Part shown: positions 1 through 14,339 of the stretch, one piece after another
Position numbering within the stretch: position 1 is the stretch's first letter
Layout: every line of letters begins with the position of its first letter
Assembly: GCF_004010195.1 (NCBI RefSeq)
Contig: NC_057749.1
Location: 16,103,831-16,167,830 of the forward strand
Direction: 5' to 3'
Length of the DNA: 64,000 nucleotides
From: Chiloscyllium plagiosum
Taxonomy: Eukaryota
The notes under the pieces: model-generated
Database searches by the model: none
Told to the model about the DNA's origin: nothing
What the model saw: only the letters and a program-made list of their open reading frames with translations
Program-made: the position numbers and the translations under genes

Positions 1-116
1 CCCTTCAGGCTCTCTGCCTGTATTCCTGATGAAGGGCTTTTGCCCGAAACGTCGATTTTACTTCTCCTCGGATGCTGCCTGAACTGCTGTGCTCTTCCAG
101 CACCACTAATCCAGAT
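1..116 (+). mobile_element. Penelope-like element terminal fragment with minimal hammerhead ribozyme core (26-53)
   Basis: CTGATGA-aGGGC-tttt-GCCC-GAAA-CGTC. The same unit recurs on the minus strand at about 18925-19082 and 21950-22104. Confidence 0.75.
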
Positions 117-261
117 TAAGAAGAAACAAGCGGATACTTTTGTCCTAGACACACGGATACTCAGATTACATGTACTCCACAACTGTCAAACTTTCAGAGA
201 TCAGATCACTCAGAAAATCACAACACCAGAACCTGACGCCTTCTAACAATACGGCTGAATC

Positions 262-1210
262 ACATTAATGATTTCAGCAACCCTGGATGAAGGGATTGGG
301 GGTATTCTGGCGAAGTTCGCCGATGATACCAAGTTAGGCAGACAGGCAGGTACTTCTGAGGCAGGTATTTGGTGGGGAGGCTGCAGAAAGATTTAGACAG
401 TTTACGAGAGTGGTCCAGGAAATGGCCGATGAAATTCAACGTGAGCAAATGAACTTTGGAAAAAAGAATACAGGCGTGGACTATTTTCTAAACGGTGAGA
501 AAATTCATAAAGCCAAAGTACAAAGGGATCTGGGAGTGCTAGTCCAGGATTCTCTATAGGTTGAGTCTCTGGTTAAGAAAGTAAATGTAATGTTGTCATT
601 TATCTCAAGAGGGTTGGAATATAAAAGCAGTCTTGTGCTACTGAGACTTTATAAAGCTCTAGTTAGGCCCCATTTAGAATTCTGTGTCCAATTTTGGGCC
701 CTGCACCTCAGGAAGGACATACTGACACTGCAGTGTGCCCAGCGGAGATTCACACGGATAATCCCTGGAATGGTAGGCCTAACATATGATGAACGGTTGA
801 GGATCCTGGGATTGTATTCATTAAGAGTTTAGAAGGTGGATGGGAGATCTAATAGAAACTTACAAGATAATACATGACTTAGAAAGGGTGGACACTGGGA
901 ACTTGTTTCTGTTAGGCAGGGAGATTGGAACGCATGGGCACAGCCTTAGAACTAGATGGAGTCAATTTAGAACAGAAATGAGGAGACATTTCTTCAGCCA
1001 GAGAATGGTGGGCCTGTGGAATTCATTGCCACAGAGCGCAGTGGAGGCCGGGATTTTAAATGTCTTCAAGGCAGAGATTGATAAATTCTTGATCTCACAA
1101 GGAATTAAGGGCTATAGGGAGAGTTAGTGGAATTGAAATGCCCATTAGCCATGATTGTATGGCGGAGTGGACTTGATGGGCCTTACTTCCACTCCTATGT
1201 CTTATGATCT
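262..1210 (+). mobile_element. CR1 LINE, 5'-truncated and degenerate
   Basis: [17 protein letters not shown] and FFSQRMVGLWNSLP ORF2 C-terminal motifs, then a 3' tail. Confidence 0.92.
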
Positions 1211-2599
1211 CAGGGGAATCAACTAACATATTTAGGTTTTGCTTTACCCCCTATCCCAGTTGTCAAAGAAGAAATTTTTCCAAAGTACAGAAAGGCACCA
1301 TATATGCAGGCCATGACAACTATGTTTTCACTAGAATACAAATGTTAAATGGCCTAGAACCCTCCTAAATAGGATGGTCAGCACAATGTCGGGGGTGTAT
1401 TTACACAAGGAACCATTAGGTGAGCTCAGTCAATTTTCTCCACTCCATATTCTGTATTTTACTAAAAATGTGTAAAGACTGTGTCTTTTTATTTTCCTGT
1501 ATTTTTAGTTTTCTAATTTCAGCCCACAACTATGTTTTTAAAAACAAAGGCTTTCTCGAGGATTGCTGCAAGCTTTGGAAATAATCTGATGCTGAATGTG
1601 AGCTCCTTTTACTCAGCTGGGGCTGAAGTTGGTTGCAGGCAAACTGGTGTCAAAGGTTTGTGTACAGATGGAGCTTTAGTTGGTTCCAAGTGACTAATGG
1701 TTAGTGGACCAGAAACCAGCTAACAGCAGCAAAGGCCTTCTGCCTGCCAATAAATATGTGATGGCTTCTCAGGTAGTTGAATACCATGGGGCTATGAACA
1801 AGTTATGGAGAATCCATCAGATCTCCACCAGCTCAGGAGGTCTCATTTTCTGCAGTAAAAGGCACTTTAAGCCTGAAGAAAACCACTTTGTTCCTTCAGC
1901 AATTGCTGTATGTTGCAGTTGAGACCTTTTATAAAAGTGAGCCAGACATCCTGTGTCTGTTGCAAACCATGAGAGTCTCCAGAGAAGGAAGACCACAAAG
2001 CAGCATGCTGACCAACCCAAGAATTGTAAGAACCATATTAGCAACCCTGTGAACAAGAATCTAAAGTGTCCTTCCGGCCTTTCCCTCTGTCCATAACACC
2101 CATTTTTTTCTCCCGTGTGTATACAGGGGAGTTTCTATGCAGAATAGAGTTTAATTAGTAGAGTTATATGCCAGCTGTTCATAGTTGTTTATCTGTATCT
2201 ACAGTCTAATTACCTGGAATAGTCTGAAATTTTTGACAAGTACAGAAATCTGCCTATGTTTTCTGTCAAGTTGGGTCCAACAGACAGGTAAATTGGCAAA
2301 ATCTGTATACTTTCTAAAAATCTTTAACTTTTGTGATGACTGGGAATAGCTGGTGTTGATTCCTAGTGCACTCCCACCGAGGCAGGGCCCGAAAGGCAAT
2401 CTAATTCTGTTCCATTATTCTGCACACAAGCTTGTACAGATAGGCTCAATCAATGTGACAAAATGCAGTGAAACTGAACTTTTAGAACTTTGCCATTAAA
2501 GTTTAATATAGTAGGTTTTGTGAGCTTAAATGAAAGAACCTACAAAATAGTTGTGATGTTAGCGTTGATATGTGTTGCAGAAATCTAAGTAACATCAAG

Positions 2600-2920
2600 G
2601 AGAGAAACAATGAGCGGATAGTAAAGAGATGCAAATACTGAGATGGATGTATGGACTAACAAGAACATCAAGAGAGTCAGGGAGGTTCATGAAGTACTGA
2701 AGAAGTAAGTAACCAAAAAACTGAAATGCTATGGTCATCTGTTAGAGTTAGAGAAGAAACGTAGTGAGGTAAATAATGGAGGTAGTACTGCCATGTAGAA
2801 GAGGAGGAAGGCCTAAGACCAGATGGAAGAGTGTGGTAGCAAGACAGTTAAGAATAGCAAGATTACATATGAGACTGACAGGATGAGGTGCAGAAGGATA
2901 ATTCCCAAGTAAAATAGGAG
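2600..2920 (+). mobile_element. Decayed RTE-clade LINE 3' fragment
   Basis: Remnant EMQILRWMYG...YGHL...GGRPKTRW motifs. Confidence 0.55.
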
Positions 2921-3964
2921 AAGCTGAAATAGTGGGTTTAACAAGTTTAAGGAAGCGAAAGAAACTTCACTGACAAAATCTCCTCAAAAGATAATTTAGT
3001 TAGTGAATTATGATTAAAGGTTAACACAGTTTTACTCTATTTCGGCATCAATGCTATCATGATAAAGAGTGAGCTAGCAGTGATCCTTAGGTGACGCATG
3101 GCAGACATATACATTTAAACAAAGGACAGTGAGTTTTTCCTCTTTTATCTGTGTGGCTTTTTCTACTCAAACTCTTTCCTAGCACCTCCAAATTGTACAG
3201 CTCGTCAAATCCCTGTCTCAACTCTCTTATCTCTAAAACCCCAGGTCGGAGTTGTGTACTGCTTTGAATTTCACTGCTAGATGCCACTCAATTACAAAGT
3301 TCAAGTACACGGTGAAAAGGCGTCTCAGTGCATTGTGAACCATGATTGCTATATAGTTACTTATTTTTGTTTTCTCTTGATTAAACTACCACAGTACCAA
3401 AGGCAGTTTTCTCAACAAACCAAGTAGGACAACAAGTAGATTAAGCTGTCTGCCTTGTCAACAGATCAGCAGAAAATCTACTAGTGATTTTGAAATTGAA
3501 ATCTAACACTCTTAATTACAGTCACAATCACAATACAAGTTTCACCTTGTTACATTCAAATTCTAGGGATATTTAACAACTTTCATTTTTCAATTAGCTA
3601 AAACTTTGGTTTCTGGTACTCACAGACATCCATGCTGGAACAGTTATGCCTAAGCACTTGTAACACAATACCATAAGCTGCAGATGACTATCCAGCTAAA
3701 GTATGACAGCTGTTCAACTTAATACTCTAACGGAACTTTTAACGCTTTATGTTCCATGTATTGCTCGATTGCTGAAGACCTCAGCCATTTTGGATGTTGT
3801 TTTTAATTGCGGCGAAGACGCACAATCTGCAATCATTCTAGAATGGGATAATTATTAATGTGGAAGTCTTTTTGCATGTAATTGTCACTTTTCAACAGCA
3901 TCAGAAAAAGCTCAATCATCTATCCAGCTCATTACATCGGGTTGTGGTGACTTCAGCATCAAGT

Positions 3965-4390
3965 GTCAGCCTTGGTTCAGTTAGTAGCAGACTGGCAGCT
4001 AAGTCAGAAGGTCAAGTGAGTTAAAGTTCCACTCAAGATGCTGGAGATGAATCACAATGAATGCTACTGAACCATATTGAAGGGGCACTATGCTGTGCTG
4101 TTGGAGGTGCATTCTTTAAGATTAGTGTCCTATGTTAAATCAAGGCCCTGTCTGCCCTCAGCACACCACTGTTTTGAATCAAAGAGGAGTTCTTGCCCAT
4201 TGCCTTTACCAATAGTTACACCTTATGTAATGTCACCAAGACAAACTGGTCGTCTGCTATTTGCGGGAGCTAGCCAATTAAAAATTAGCTGCCACGTTTT
4301 CTAAATTGCAACATTTCGAAAAGTACTGTATTGATTGTAAAATTGTATTGACAGACTGTGGGACATACTGAGGTGCTGAAAGGCATAGTG
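3965..4390 (+). mobile_element. Old tRNA-derived SINE remnant
   Basis: A-box-like ttggttcagttagtagca followed by a degenerate B box and SINE-like body. Confidence 0.45.
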
Positions 4391-5593
4391 TGGGTAGAAT
4401 CTTGTTCCCTGCTTACACACATTCGGTAGCAAAGTAAGGAGAAACGTAATCCTCCTTTCCCACCTCCATCCCAATGTCTGTGGTGGGAATGTCAGTGGAT
4501 GGTCATCCTACTCCAACACCAACTGAAGCCCTTAAATGGGCAGCTAATGCCCACATAAACAGTTCATCCTGTCCCTGCTAGTATTAACCCAGAAGTGGGG
4601 AGGCTCACAAGATGGGGAGCTTAACAGGCAAACCTTATCAGTTTTGCATACAGCCTCTCATAGGAGGTCCCTCATTTGAAAGGCACTCAGGGCCTGATTG
4701 AGGAACCTGGGATGCAAGGGGTAGCTGAAGTCACTTTCCTGCCCTTACTATTAACTCCCCATTCCTCACCTGTGCCTATCTCTTGTCTAAGTCATTTTGT
4801 CCTAATTGTTGTACCAGCAGCTGCCATCACTTTCCCTGGCTGCCAGGACTGCCAGCACCCAGGTGTGGCCAACTGCTCTTGGCAGACAGGCCTTCCCCCT
4901 GGTGTCCTTGATCCCAGGAGAAGGTTGCCACCCTGAATACCCCAAGATGTTGTGGGACTCCCCTAAACGAGGCAGGTGGTGCCTCTCACCAGATCTGCCA
5001 CAAACAGCAGAAATCCCCTTGCATCTGCAAGGTTCCAGTCTACAAGTGCAAACCTCTTTAAGAAACAAATACAATTATTCGGCTGATATTAAACATATCC
5101 TGATAGATACATACAGAATACTGAAAAAGGCAGAGTTTACCTATAACAAAGTTATACTTGACATTTACAAACACTTACTCAAAAACATTTTAAAGTGTGC
5201 CCTCCACTTAAAGGGATCTTCAAAGAACGTTGATTAAAAAGCAAAGAGTATCTACCCTAGGTTTCTGAGATCCTGATACTGTACTGGTTCTTAATGATTT
5301 TACACCCAAAGCCAATTAAAAACAAATACCAAAGTGCAACAGCCTCCAAAAGAATACTGGATTGCAAAAATCTAAAGAAACAGTGCAAAACTCTCGCAAC
5401 TTATTCTCTAGACTCTGGATACATCATATCACATATTAACAACAGGAATATGGATTTAAATTCCTTCTAATGTATTCATACAAAACCAGCTGACGGAAAG
5501 TGTACAATTCCCTTGCTACTGGGTGTAGCTGGGAATATGCAAGGGTTGACTGACATTTCCACAGTCGCAGAGGTTAATATTTCTCTGGGTATC

Positions 5594-6540
5594 ATAAGAC
5601 ATAGGAGTGGAAGTAAGGCCATTCAGCCCATCGAGTCAACTCCGCCATTTAATCATGGCTGATGGGCATTTCAACTCCATTTACCCGCATTCTCCCTGTA
5701 GCCCTTAATTCCTTGTGACATCAAGAATTTATCAATCTCTGCCTTGAAGACATTTAGCGTCATGGCCTCCACTGCACTCCGCGGCAATGAATTCCAGAAA
5801 TGTCTCCGCATTTCTGTTCTGAATTGACCCCCTCTAATTCTAAGGCTGTGCCCACGGGTCCTAGTCTCCTCTCCTAATGGAAACAATTTCCTAGCATCCA
5901 CCCTTTCCAAGGCATGTATTATCTTGTAAGTTTCTATTAGATCTCCCCTTAACCTTCTAAACGCCAATAAATACAATCCCAGGATCCTCAGCCGTTCCTC
6001 GTATGTTAGACCTACCATTTCAGGGATCATCCATGTGAATCTCCGCTAGACACGCTCCAGTGCCAGTATGTCCTTCCTGAGGTGTGGGGCCCAAAACTGG
6101 ACACAGTACTCCAAGTGGGGCCTAACCAGAGCTTTATAAAGTCTCAGTAGCACATCGTTGCTTTTATATTCCAACTCTCGAGATAAATGACAACATTGCA
6201 TTCGCCTTCTTAATCACGGATTCAACCTGCATGTTTACTTTTAGAGAATCCTCAACTAGCATTCCTAGATCCCTTTGTACTTGGCTTTATGAATTTTCTC
6301 ACCGTTTAGAAAGTAGTCCATGCTTGTATTCTTTTTTCCAAAGTGCAAGACCTCGCATTTGCTCACATTGAATTCCATCAGCCATTTCCTGGACCACTCT
6401 CCCAAACTGTCTAGATCCTTCTGCAGCCTCCCCACCTCCTCAGTACTGCCTGCCTGCCCACCTAACTTCGTATCAACGGCAAACATCGATAGAATGCCCC
6501 CAGTCCCTTCATCCAGATCATTAATATATAACGTGAACAG
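5594..6540 (-). mobile_element. CR1 LINE, 5'-truncated
   Basis: ORFs 5671..6030 and 6265..6750 encode RT and C-terminal CR1 motifs (YINDL, FNVSKCEVLHFG). Confidence 0.93.
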
Positions 6541-6599
6541 CTGCATGTTGTGAATTGCTGCGTAGTTCACCAGTGCCACATTTGGCACTGTGGAAGCAG

Positions 6600-7815
6600 A
6601 GATTATTGCCATTGAGAATGATTGAGCAAATTGGGGACTCTCATTAGAAAGGCAATGACGAAGAGGTGACATGATCAAGATCTTTAAAAGGATGAAGGAT
6701 TTGGAAAGAATGAATGTGAACCTAGATATTTCCAATTTTGCAAAAATCAAAAATTAGATAACATAAATTCAAGTTATTTACTAATAAGTCAACAGGAAAA
6801 TGAGGAGGAGGAGAATCTGGAAATTATTCCCACTGGAAATGATTGAGGCAAAACATTTAGATACTTTCAAAAGGAAACTTAGCAAATTCATGAGTGATAA
6901 GGGAATAGGAACGATCGCCTGAACTTAATATCAGCACAGACTAGTTAAGCTGAATGATCAGTTTCTGTGCCATATATTCAATGCCTTTAACTTTCATATA
7001 GTGCATAACGTGAGCAGGGTCCATCTAACGCAAGCAGGAGGGAAACTAGAAAGGAATAATATGGGGAGCACTAACAGGTAAGGGAGTACATGTAGAATGG
7101 TAGGACCCGAGGAGGTACGGAGGATCAGAAGCCCCTCAAGATCAAAGACCTTGAAGGCAACAGGGAAGATAGATAAGGTGATAAAGAAGTCAGTTGAGAT
7201 ACTTGCCTTTATTAGTCAAGGCAATGAATACAAGAGCAAGGAAACTGTATACAACATGAATTAGGTCACAGCTGGAGCACTATATGCAGTTCTGGTCACT
7301 GCACAATAGGAAGGTTGTAATTGCACTAGAGTGTGTACATAAGGGTGCACCAGGATATTACCTGCGTTGGAACAATTCTGTTATGAAGACAGACTAGATA
7401 GGCTTGAGTTGTTTTACTTAGAGCAGAGAAGGCTGGCACCAAAGGGATCAGTTTGGGATGTACAATTTTCTGAGGGGTATAGACAGGATGGACAGGTGTT
7501 AACCTTTCCTCTTAGTTCAGGAATCGATAACTGGGTGCGCACAGTTTTAAGTTAAGGAGCAGGAGGTTTAGAAGGGATTTAAGGAAAATACTTTTCTTTC
7601 AAAGGATTGTGGGTATCTACACTGTCTAAAAGGATGGTAAAGACAGGAACCCTCAAAACATTTAAGAACAAAGATGAACAATTGAAATGCAAACGAATAC
7701 AAGGCTATGAAAGAATACTAGGAAACGCGATGAGAAAAGATGGATTTTTGATGACCAATGCAGACATGATGGACCAAAAGAACTCTGCCCATGCTGTAAA
7801 AACTCTATGGTTGAG
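6600..7815 (+). mobile_element. Two highly decayed CR1 3' fragments
   Basis: YEDRLDRLELFYLEQRRL and related CR1 ORF2 C-terminal remnants. Confidence 0.7.
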
Positions 7816-8955
7816 TTAGATGCAGTAGGGTCATAGGAGGAATGTGGAAATAGACTGCTTGGGCCAATTAACCAGTTTCTATGCTCTGAATAACATACAA
7901 ACCATCTTTCACATAAACTTGGTGAGTGTTTACAATTTCTGAGGAACAAGGGATGAAAATATCAGAATATCGCATAACCTTAATATTCCTTTGACCTTGA
8001 ATTGCGAAACTCCTTAGGAGACAGCCTTATTTCTTATCTAAATCACTGCATCTACATTAAGTGTGTTTGATGGAGACAGTATAGAAGGAGTTTGAAACTA
8101 TTTATCTGTCCTTCCCATGCTTGATGGGAAAATATACAGATAATGTGATTCTTAAAGTATTTTACACTCTGGTAGTGTTTGATAGGTCAGTGTCAAGGAA
8201 GCATTATTTAGCAAATAATCCTACTGTACCTAACCTAAGAGCGTTTGATATGAAATGAAAGGGAACTTTATCTGTGTCTAACAGTTATTAATTAATTTGG
8301 AACACTTGTTGTTGACATGAGATACCCAAAGTGGAAACGACTTCAAATCATAGCACTAACACTCACTTGAATTAGCACAAAAATCATTTAGAATGAACAT
8401 TTTGTCTTGACCTAAAATTAGATAGTAACATTTAACAATGTACTAGTAGATATTTAAAACATTAATATCCAGACTTTCCCACAACTGGGTTTGCCTGACG
8501 TTTGTCTGAATGAGTCAAATCCAACTGTATGGCACGTAAAGCTGAAATCCAGTCTGTGCTTTTGACTGAAAGTTAAGGTTACACACATTGCATCGATAAC
8601 TCTGTATTCCTACAGCCATGAGTTGGGCAGGAGTTTAATGGAAAAAAAGCAGTCTGCTTTATATTCTGCTGTAGCAACTGTAAATTTAATTTTAAAAAAT
8701 ACACACGTCGAGATTGTAAAAACTGCAGTATACAGGTCAGGATGCTACTGATAAAATATACAGATTTTAAAATATCTGCATTAATAATTAAATAACCCTC
8801 ACCCTCGCTGGCTAAATTTTTTTTATTTTAGAATTCACTGAGTTGAGAACTATTTTCACAGTATTATGGAACTGCACCAAGCATTAACAGGTTAACCTTC
8901 ACCAAATTCATTTTAAACAGGTCATATCGTTCAATACATGAACTGCTTCAAGACA

Positions 8956-9164
8956 AAGTTAAAAGTCACACAACACCAGGTTATAGTCCAACAGGTTTAA
9001 CCTCTCCACTTTAAGCCAGCAGTTAGTGGTGTTGATGGTAGTCATGGTTTGGAGATGCCGGTGCTGGACTGGGGTGTACAAAGTTAAAACCTGTGGACTA
9101 TAACCTGGTGTTGCGTGACTTTTAACTTTGTACACCCCAGTCTAACATCGGCATCTCCAAATCA
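8956..9164. mobile_element. Penelope terminal-repeat fold-back insertion
   Basis: 12-bp TSD tgcttcaagaca (8944-8955 and 9165-9176), internal inverted copies of the aaagttaaaa-tcacacaacaccaggttatagtccaacagg terminus. Confidence 0.8.
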
Positions 9165-9204
9165 TGCTTCAAGACAGATTATAGTGGTGTACATGGAGTC
9201 TTCA

Positions 9205-11390
9205 TGACACAGAAGGACCTCCAGACCTCCTCCTCCCTGAGGAAGAACGATCAGTCCGCTAAGGCCTTACCTTCATCCCCCTCCCTCCACACATCAACAA
9301 ATTCAATACGCATTGTGACGTCAAACACTTCTTCCGCTGCCTCCCACCCACCTTCCAAGGATCCCTTTGCCGGCCTCCAACACACTCCATCCACCTGGAC
9401 ACCCCATGCCAGTCTATTACCCACCCTCAACCTCTTTATTTCCAACTGCCGAGACATTAACTGCCTCAACCTGTCTCCCCCCTCCCCCACTCTAACATCT
9501 CACCCTCACAACATGCAGTCCTCCACTCCCTTTGCTCCAATCCCAACCACACCATCAAACCAGTGGACAAAGGGGGTGCAGTGGTGGTTGTGTAGTGCAG
9601 TGTAGTGGTGCACTGGCCTCTACACCGCTGACGCTAGGCACCAACTCGAAGACATCTCTCCTACCACTCCCTCGACCATGATCTCAACATCTCATCACCA
9701 ACTATCATCTCCCAGACCATTCACAACCTCATTACCTCAGGGGAACTCCCACCCAAAACTTCCAACCTCATAGTTCAGAAACCCCACACCACCCGATTCT
9801 ACCTCCTAATCAACATCCACAAGCCTGACTACCCCAGCTGACCCATTGTCTCACCCTGCTCCTGCCGCACCAAATTCATCTCCGCCTACTTTGATACTAT
9901 CCTATTCCCCCCTTGTCCAGGAACTCCCCACATATATTCGGGACACCACCCACGCACTCCACCTCTTCCAAGACTTCCGTTTCCCTGGCCCCCAATGCCT
10001 CATCTTCACCATGGACATCCAGTCCCTCTACACCTCCATCCGCCATGACCAGGGTCTCCAAACCCTCCGTTTCTTCCTCTCCCGACATCCCCAACAGTAC
10101 CCTTCCGCTGACACTTTCATTTGTTTGGCTGAACTGGTCCTCACCCTCAACAATCTCTCCTTCGAATCCTCCCACCTCCTCCAGATGAAAGGGGTAGCCA
10201 TGGCCACCCACATGGGCCCCAGCTATACCTGTCTCTTTGTCGGCAACATAGAGCAATCCATCCTCTGGAGTTACACCGGTACCACACCCCACCTTTTCCT
10301 CCGCTACATTCATGACTGCATCAGCACCACCTTGTACTGCCATGAGGAGGTTGAACAGTTCATCAACTTCACCAACACATTCCACCCCAATCTTAAATTC
10401 ACCTGGACCATCTCTGATACCTCCCTCCTCTTCCTGGACCTCTCCATCTCCATCAACGATGACGGACTCAACACCGACATTTTCTACAAACCCACCAACT
10501 CCGCAAAAATGCTATCCTGTATTCCCAATTCCTCCACCTCCGCTGCATATGCTCCCAGGAGGACCAGTTCCACCACAGAACACATCAGATGGCCTCCTTC
10601 CGGAGGGGCGGCGCAATGGCTCAATGGTTAGCACTGCTGCCTCACAACACCAGGGACCCAGGTTTGATTCCAGCCTCAGGACAACTGTCTGTATGGAGTT
10701 TGCACATTTCCCCGTGTGTGCATGGGTTTCCTCCAGGTGTTCTGGTTTCCCCCCCACAACCAAAAGATGTGCAGGTTAGGTGAATTGGCCATGCTAAATT
10801 GCCCATAGTGTTAGGTTAGTCAGGGGGAAATTGGTCTGGGTGGATTACTCTTTGGGCGGCACGGTGGTTAGCACTGCTGCCTCACAGCGCCAGAGACCCG
10901 GGTTCAATTCCCGCCTCAGGCGACTGACTGTGTGGAGTTTGCACGTTCTCCCCGTGTCTGCGTGGGTTTCCTCCGGGTGCTCCAGTTTCCTCCCACAGTC
11001 CAAAGATGTGCAGGGTCAGGTGAATTGGCCATACTAAATTACCCGTAGTGTTAGGTAAGGAGTAAATGTAGGGGTATGGGTGGGTTTTGCTTCGGCGGGT
11101 CGGTGTGGACTTGTTGGGCCGAAGGGCCTGTTTCCACACTGTAATCTAATCTAATCTTCGGAGGGTCAGTGTGCACTTGTTCGGCCAAAGGGCTTGTCCC
11201 CACACTGTAGGGAATCTAATCTTCTTTAAAGACCGCAATTTCCCCTTCCACGTGGTTGAAGATGCCCTCCAACGCATCTCATCTACGTCCCGTACGTCCA
11301 CCCTCAAACCGCCTTCTTGGTAAAGGGCTTTTGCTGCTCCTCAGATGCTGCCTGACCTGCTGTGCTTTTCTAGCACCACTCTAATCATGA
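9205..11390 (+). mobile_element. Penelope-like retroelement, decayed RT, interrupted by SINEs
   Basis: ORF 9846..10631 has IFTMDIQSLYTSI, GVAMATHMGPSYTCLFVG, FLRYIHDC, FLDL and IFYKPT. Confidence 0.88.
10605..11220 (+). mobile_element. HE1-type (V-SINE) shark SINE containing a second nested copy (about 10854-11156)
   Basis: tRNA A/B boxes (tggctcaatggttagcac...ggtttgattcc), V-domain tgtggagtttgcacgttctccccgtg, taatc tail repeats. Confidence 0.88.
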
Positions 11391-12207
11391 CACAGAAGGA
11401 GGCCATTTGAACCTTCACATTCATGCCTGTTCGCTACTGAGTTTCATTTCCCTACTGTGACCTGAGAGTTTATTTCCCTTAAGCACCAATTTCATAAGAA
11501 ACCAACTGCATTTCAATATGGTGATGTCAGACACTCACCTAAAAAAATGCAATTATAACATCTTTCACAAATCACTTCACAGTTAATTAAGAACAGGTTA
11601 CTTGAAGTGTTATCACTGTTATAATTTAGAAAGCACAGCAACTACCTTGCATACCATAATCTTTCACAAGCAGCTATGAGATAGATAATGAATACATAAT
11701 CTTCTTTGGTGATGCTGATTTAAAAGGATAAATGGGAGAACTTCCCTGATCTTCAAAAGTATAGAAACTGATGACAAAGGTAAAAATTTTAAAAAAATTA
11801 AATAGCTAATTATAACACAAGGATGGAAGTATGGTGACATGTCCCAGCTGCTGGATATGTGATTGTCTGCGTAATGAGGACAAACTTGTCTACAATAAGT
11901 AGATGTAGCTAGAGGAACTTCACCTCAGTTTATGAGCTGGAGGCCAGTCTACAGGAGCTACAGCATATCTGGATGGGGGTACATAGATTGTACTCTGTAT
12001 ACTTTGGAGATACAGAGTACGAATCTCACAGTATACGAATAGGATTTTAAAGAATAGGATTTTAAAAAAGAATAAAGATGAGCAATGACAAAGCTAAATA
12101 ACCATTTGTGATAGCGGTTTACAGGTCACCCAACAGTTTACACACAGTAGTTAGGAGTACAAAGGAAGAACAACTGGAGCTTGTCAGAAAAGCACCACAA
12201 CTTCAGT

Positions 12208-13125
12208 AAGGCGTTCGACAAGGTTCCCTATGGGAGACTGATCAGCAAGGTTAGATCTCATGGAATACAGGGAGAACTAGCCATTTGGATACAGAACTGG
12301 CTCAAAGGTAGAAGGGGGAGGGGATAGTATAAATGTGAGGTGCTGCATTTTGGGAAAACAAATCTTACCAGGACTTATACACTTAATGGTAAGGTCCTAG
12401 GGAGTATTGCTGAACAAAAGAGACCTGGGAGTGCAGATTCAAATCTCCTTGGAAGTGGAATCGCAGGTAGATAGGATAGTGAAGGCGGCGTTTGGTATGC
12501 TTTTCTTTATTGGCCAGAGTATTGAGTACAGGAGTTGGAAGGTCATGTTGTGGCTGTACAGGACATTGGTTAGGCCACTGTTGGAATATTGCATCCAATT
12601 CTGGTCTCCTTCCTATCGGAAAGATGTTGTGAAACTTGAAAGAGTTCAGAAAAGATTTACAAGGATGTTGCCAGGGTTGGAGGATCTGACCTTCAGGAAG
12701 AGGCAGAACAGGCTGGGGCTGTTTTCCCTGGAGCATCGGAGGCTGAGGAGTGACCTTATAGTGGTTTAAAAATTATGAGGGGCATGGATAGGATAAATAG
12801 ACAAAGTCTCTTCCCTGGGGTCAGGGAGTCCAGAACTAGAGGGCCTAGGTTTAGGGTGACAGGGGAAAGATATAAAAGAATCGTAAGGGGCAACGTTTTC
12901 ACACAGAGGGTGGTACGTGTATGGAATGAGCTGCCAGTGGATGTGGAGGAGTCTGGTACAATTGCAACATTTAAGTGGTATTTGGATGGGTATATGAATA
13001 GGAAGGGTTTGGAGGGATATGGGCTGGGCGCTGGCAGGTGGGACTAGATTGGGTTGGGATATCTGGTCGGCATGGACGGGTTGGACCGAAGGGTCTGTTT
13101 CCATGCTGTACATCTCTATGACTCT
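12208..13125 (+). mobile_element. CR1 LINE 3' portion
   Basis: ORFs 12407..12769 and 12775..13047, tail tctctatgactct. Confidence 0.93.
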
Positions 13126-13499
13126 AATAATAGTAGGGGATTTTCATCTACACACAGGCAAAGGTGGCCTAACATTTTAAATTTTGATGACATTTACTAG
13201 CATGGGTCTTAATCCTTCACTTAGGTTGCTTAATAACAAAATTAACCTTGTCTTACCAGTGAATATGTAATATCAGAGACGTGTACTGTGGAGCAGTTTT
13301 TTAGTCAACTCGTTTATAAAAGGGCTTACCAGCAATTGCTGGTATCTGACATACTGTTTTGTAAAAATTTATCACAACAGCTGGCTGTACAGGACCAAGT
13401 CTGGGAATAAATAGTAATCACAGTAGAGGGAAATACTTTTTTAGTTATATTACCCAAATTTCCCAATGGATATCAAAGAAAAAATTCCATCCGCAAAGG

Positions 13500-13830
13500 T
13501 GAATAGCAAAATTCTTTCCCCTAGTGTACTGGAGTTCAAAACTAGAGGGCACAGGTTTAAAGTGAGAGGGGAGAGACGTAAAAGGAACCAGAGGGCCAAC
13601 TTTTTCCACACAGGCGGGTGATGAGTTTATGGCATAAACTGCCACAGAAATATTAAATGCAGGCACAATTATAATACCTAAAATACATTTGGACAGGTAA
13701 ATGAATGGAAAAGATTTAGAGGAATATGAGCCAAATGCAGAAAAATGGGACTAGGGTTTTATTTGGGAAACCTAGTCGGCATGGACCAGTTAGACCAAAG
13801 GGTCGGTTTCCATGCTGTATGACTCCATGA
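13500..13830 (+). mobile_element. CR1 3' end remnant
   Basis: actagagggcacaggtttaaagtgagagggg...ccatgctgtatgactc. Confidence 0.8.
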
Positions 13831-14339
13831 TAGCAACCAACCACTTCAAAATTTCTCAAATTATCACTGCAAATTATTTCCCAAGCAATGATATTGAAAT
13901 GAGTTGGATTTTAATCAAAAGTAATTCACAACACTAAACTGCAGTTGTAGCACAACAATAAAACAAAGAACTGCAGATGCTGGAAATCAACCAAAGACAG
14001 AAATTGCTGGAGAAACTCAGCAGGTCTGGCAGCATTTGTGGAGAGAAATCAGAGTTAACATTGAGTCCAGTGACCCTTGCATATTTTTGTCAAAGTTCTT
14101 ATGCCCATCTCCTTTTTGCAGTGAAACTGGCAATTGTAAGCTCTACTAAACATTCAACAGAAGACAACATAACATAAAAGTATTAAGAGCTTCAAAACCA
14201 TTTGTAGTTGCAGATTAGTTTCACATTTTGTTTTAAGAAAGTTACAAATCTTTAAACATAAACACACACAAGCATTATTAAACTATTTTACAGAATCATT
14301 ACACTTTCTAGGAGACTTCAAGTTGCAATAGTACCAACT

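Noticed and set aside
3087..5237. Short ORFs 3087..3287 and 4806..5237
   Set aside because: No recognisable protein motif or consistent splice frame
10605..10680. tRNA-like sequences (also near 10854, 14340 and 47950)
   Set aside because: SINE heads that continue into SINE bodies, with no complete cloverleaf
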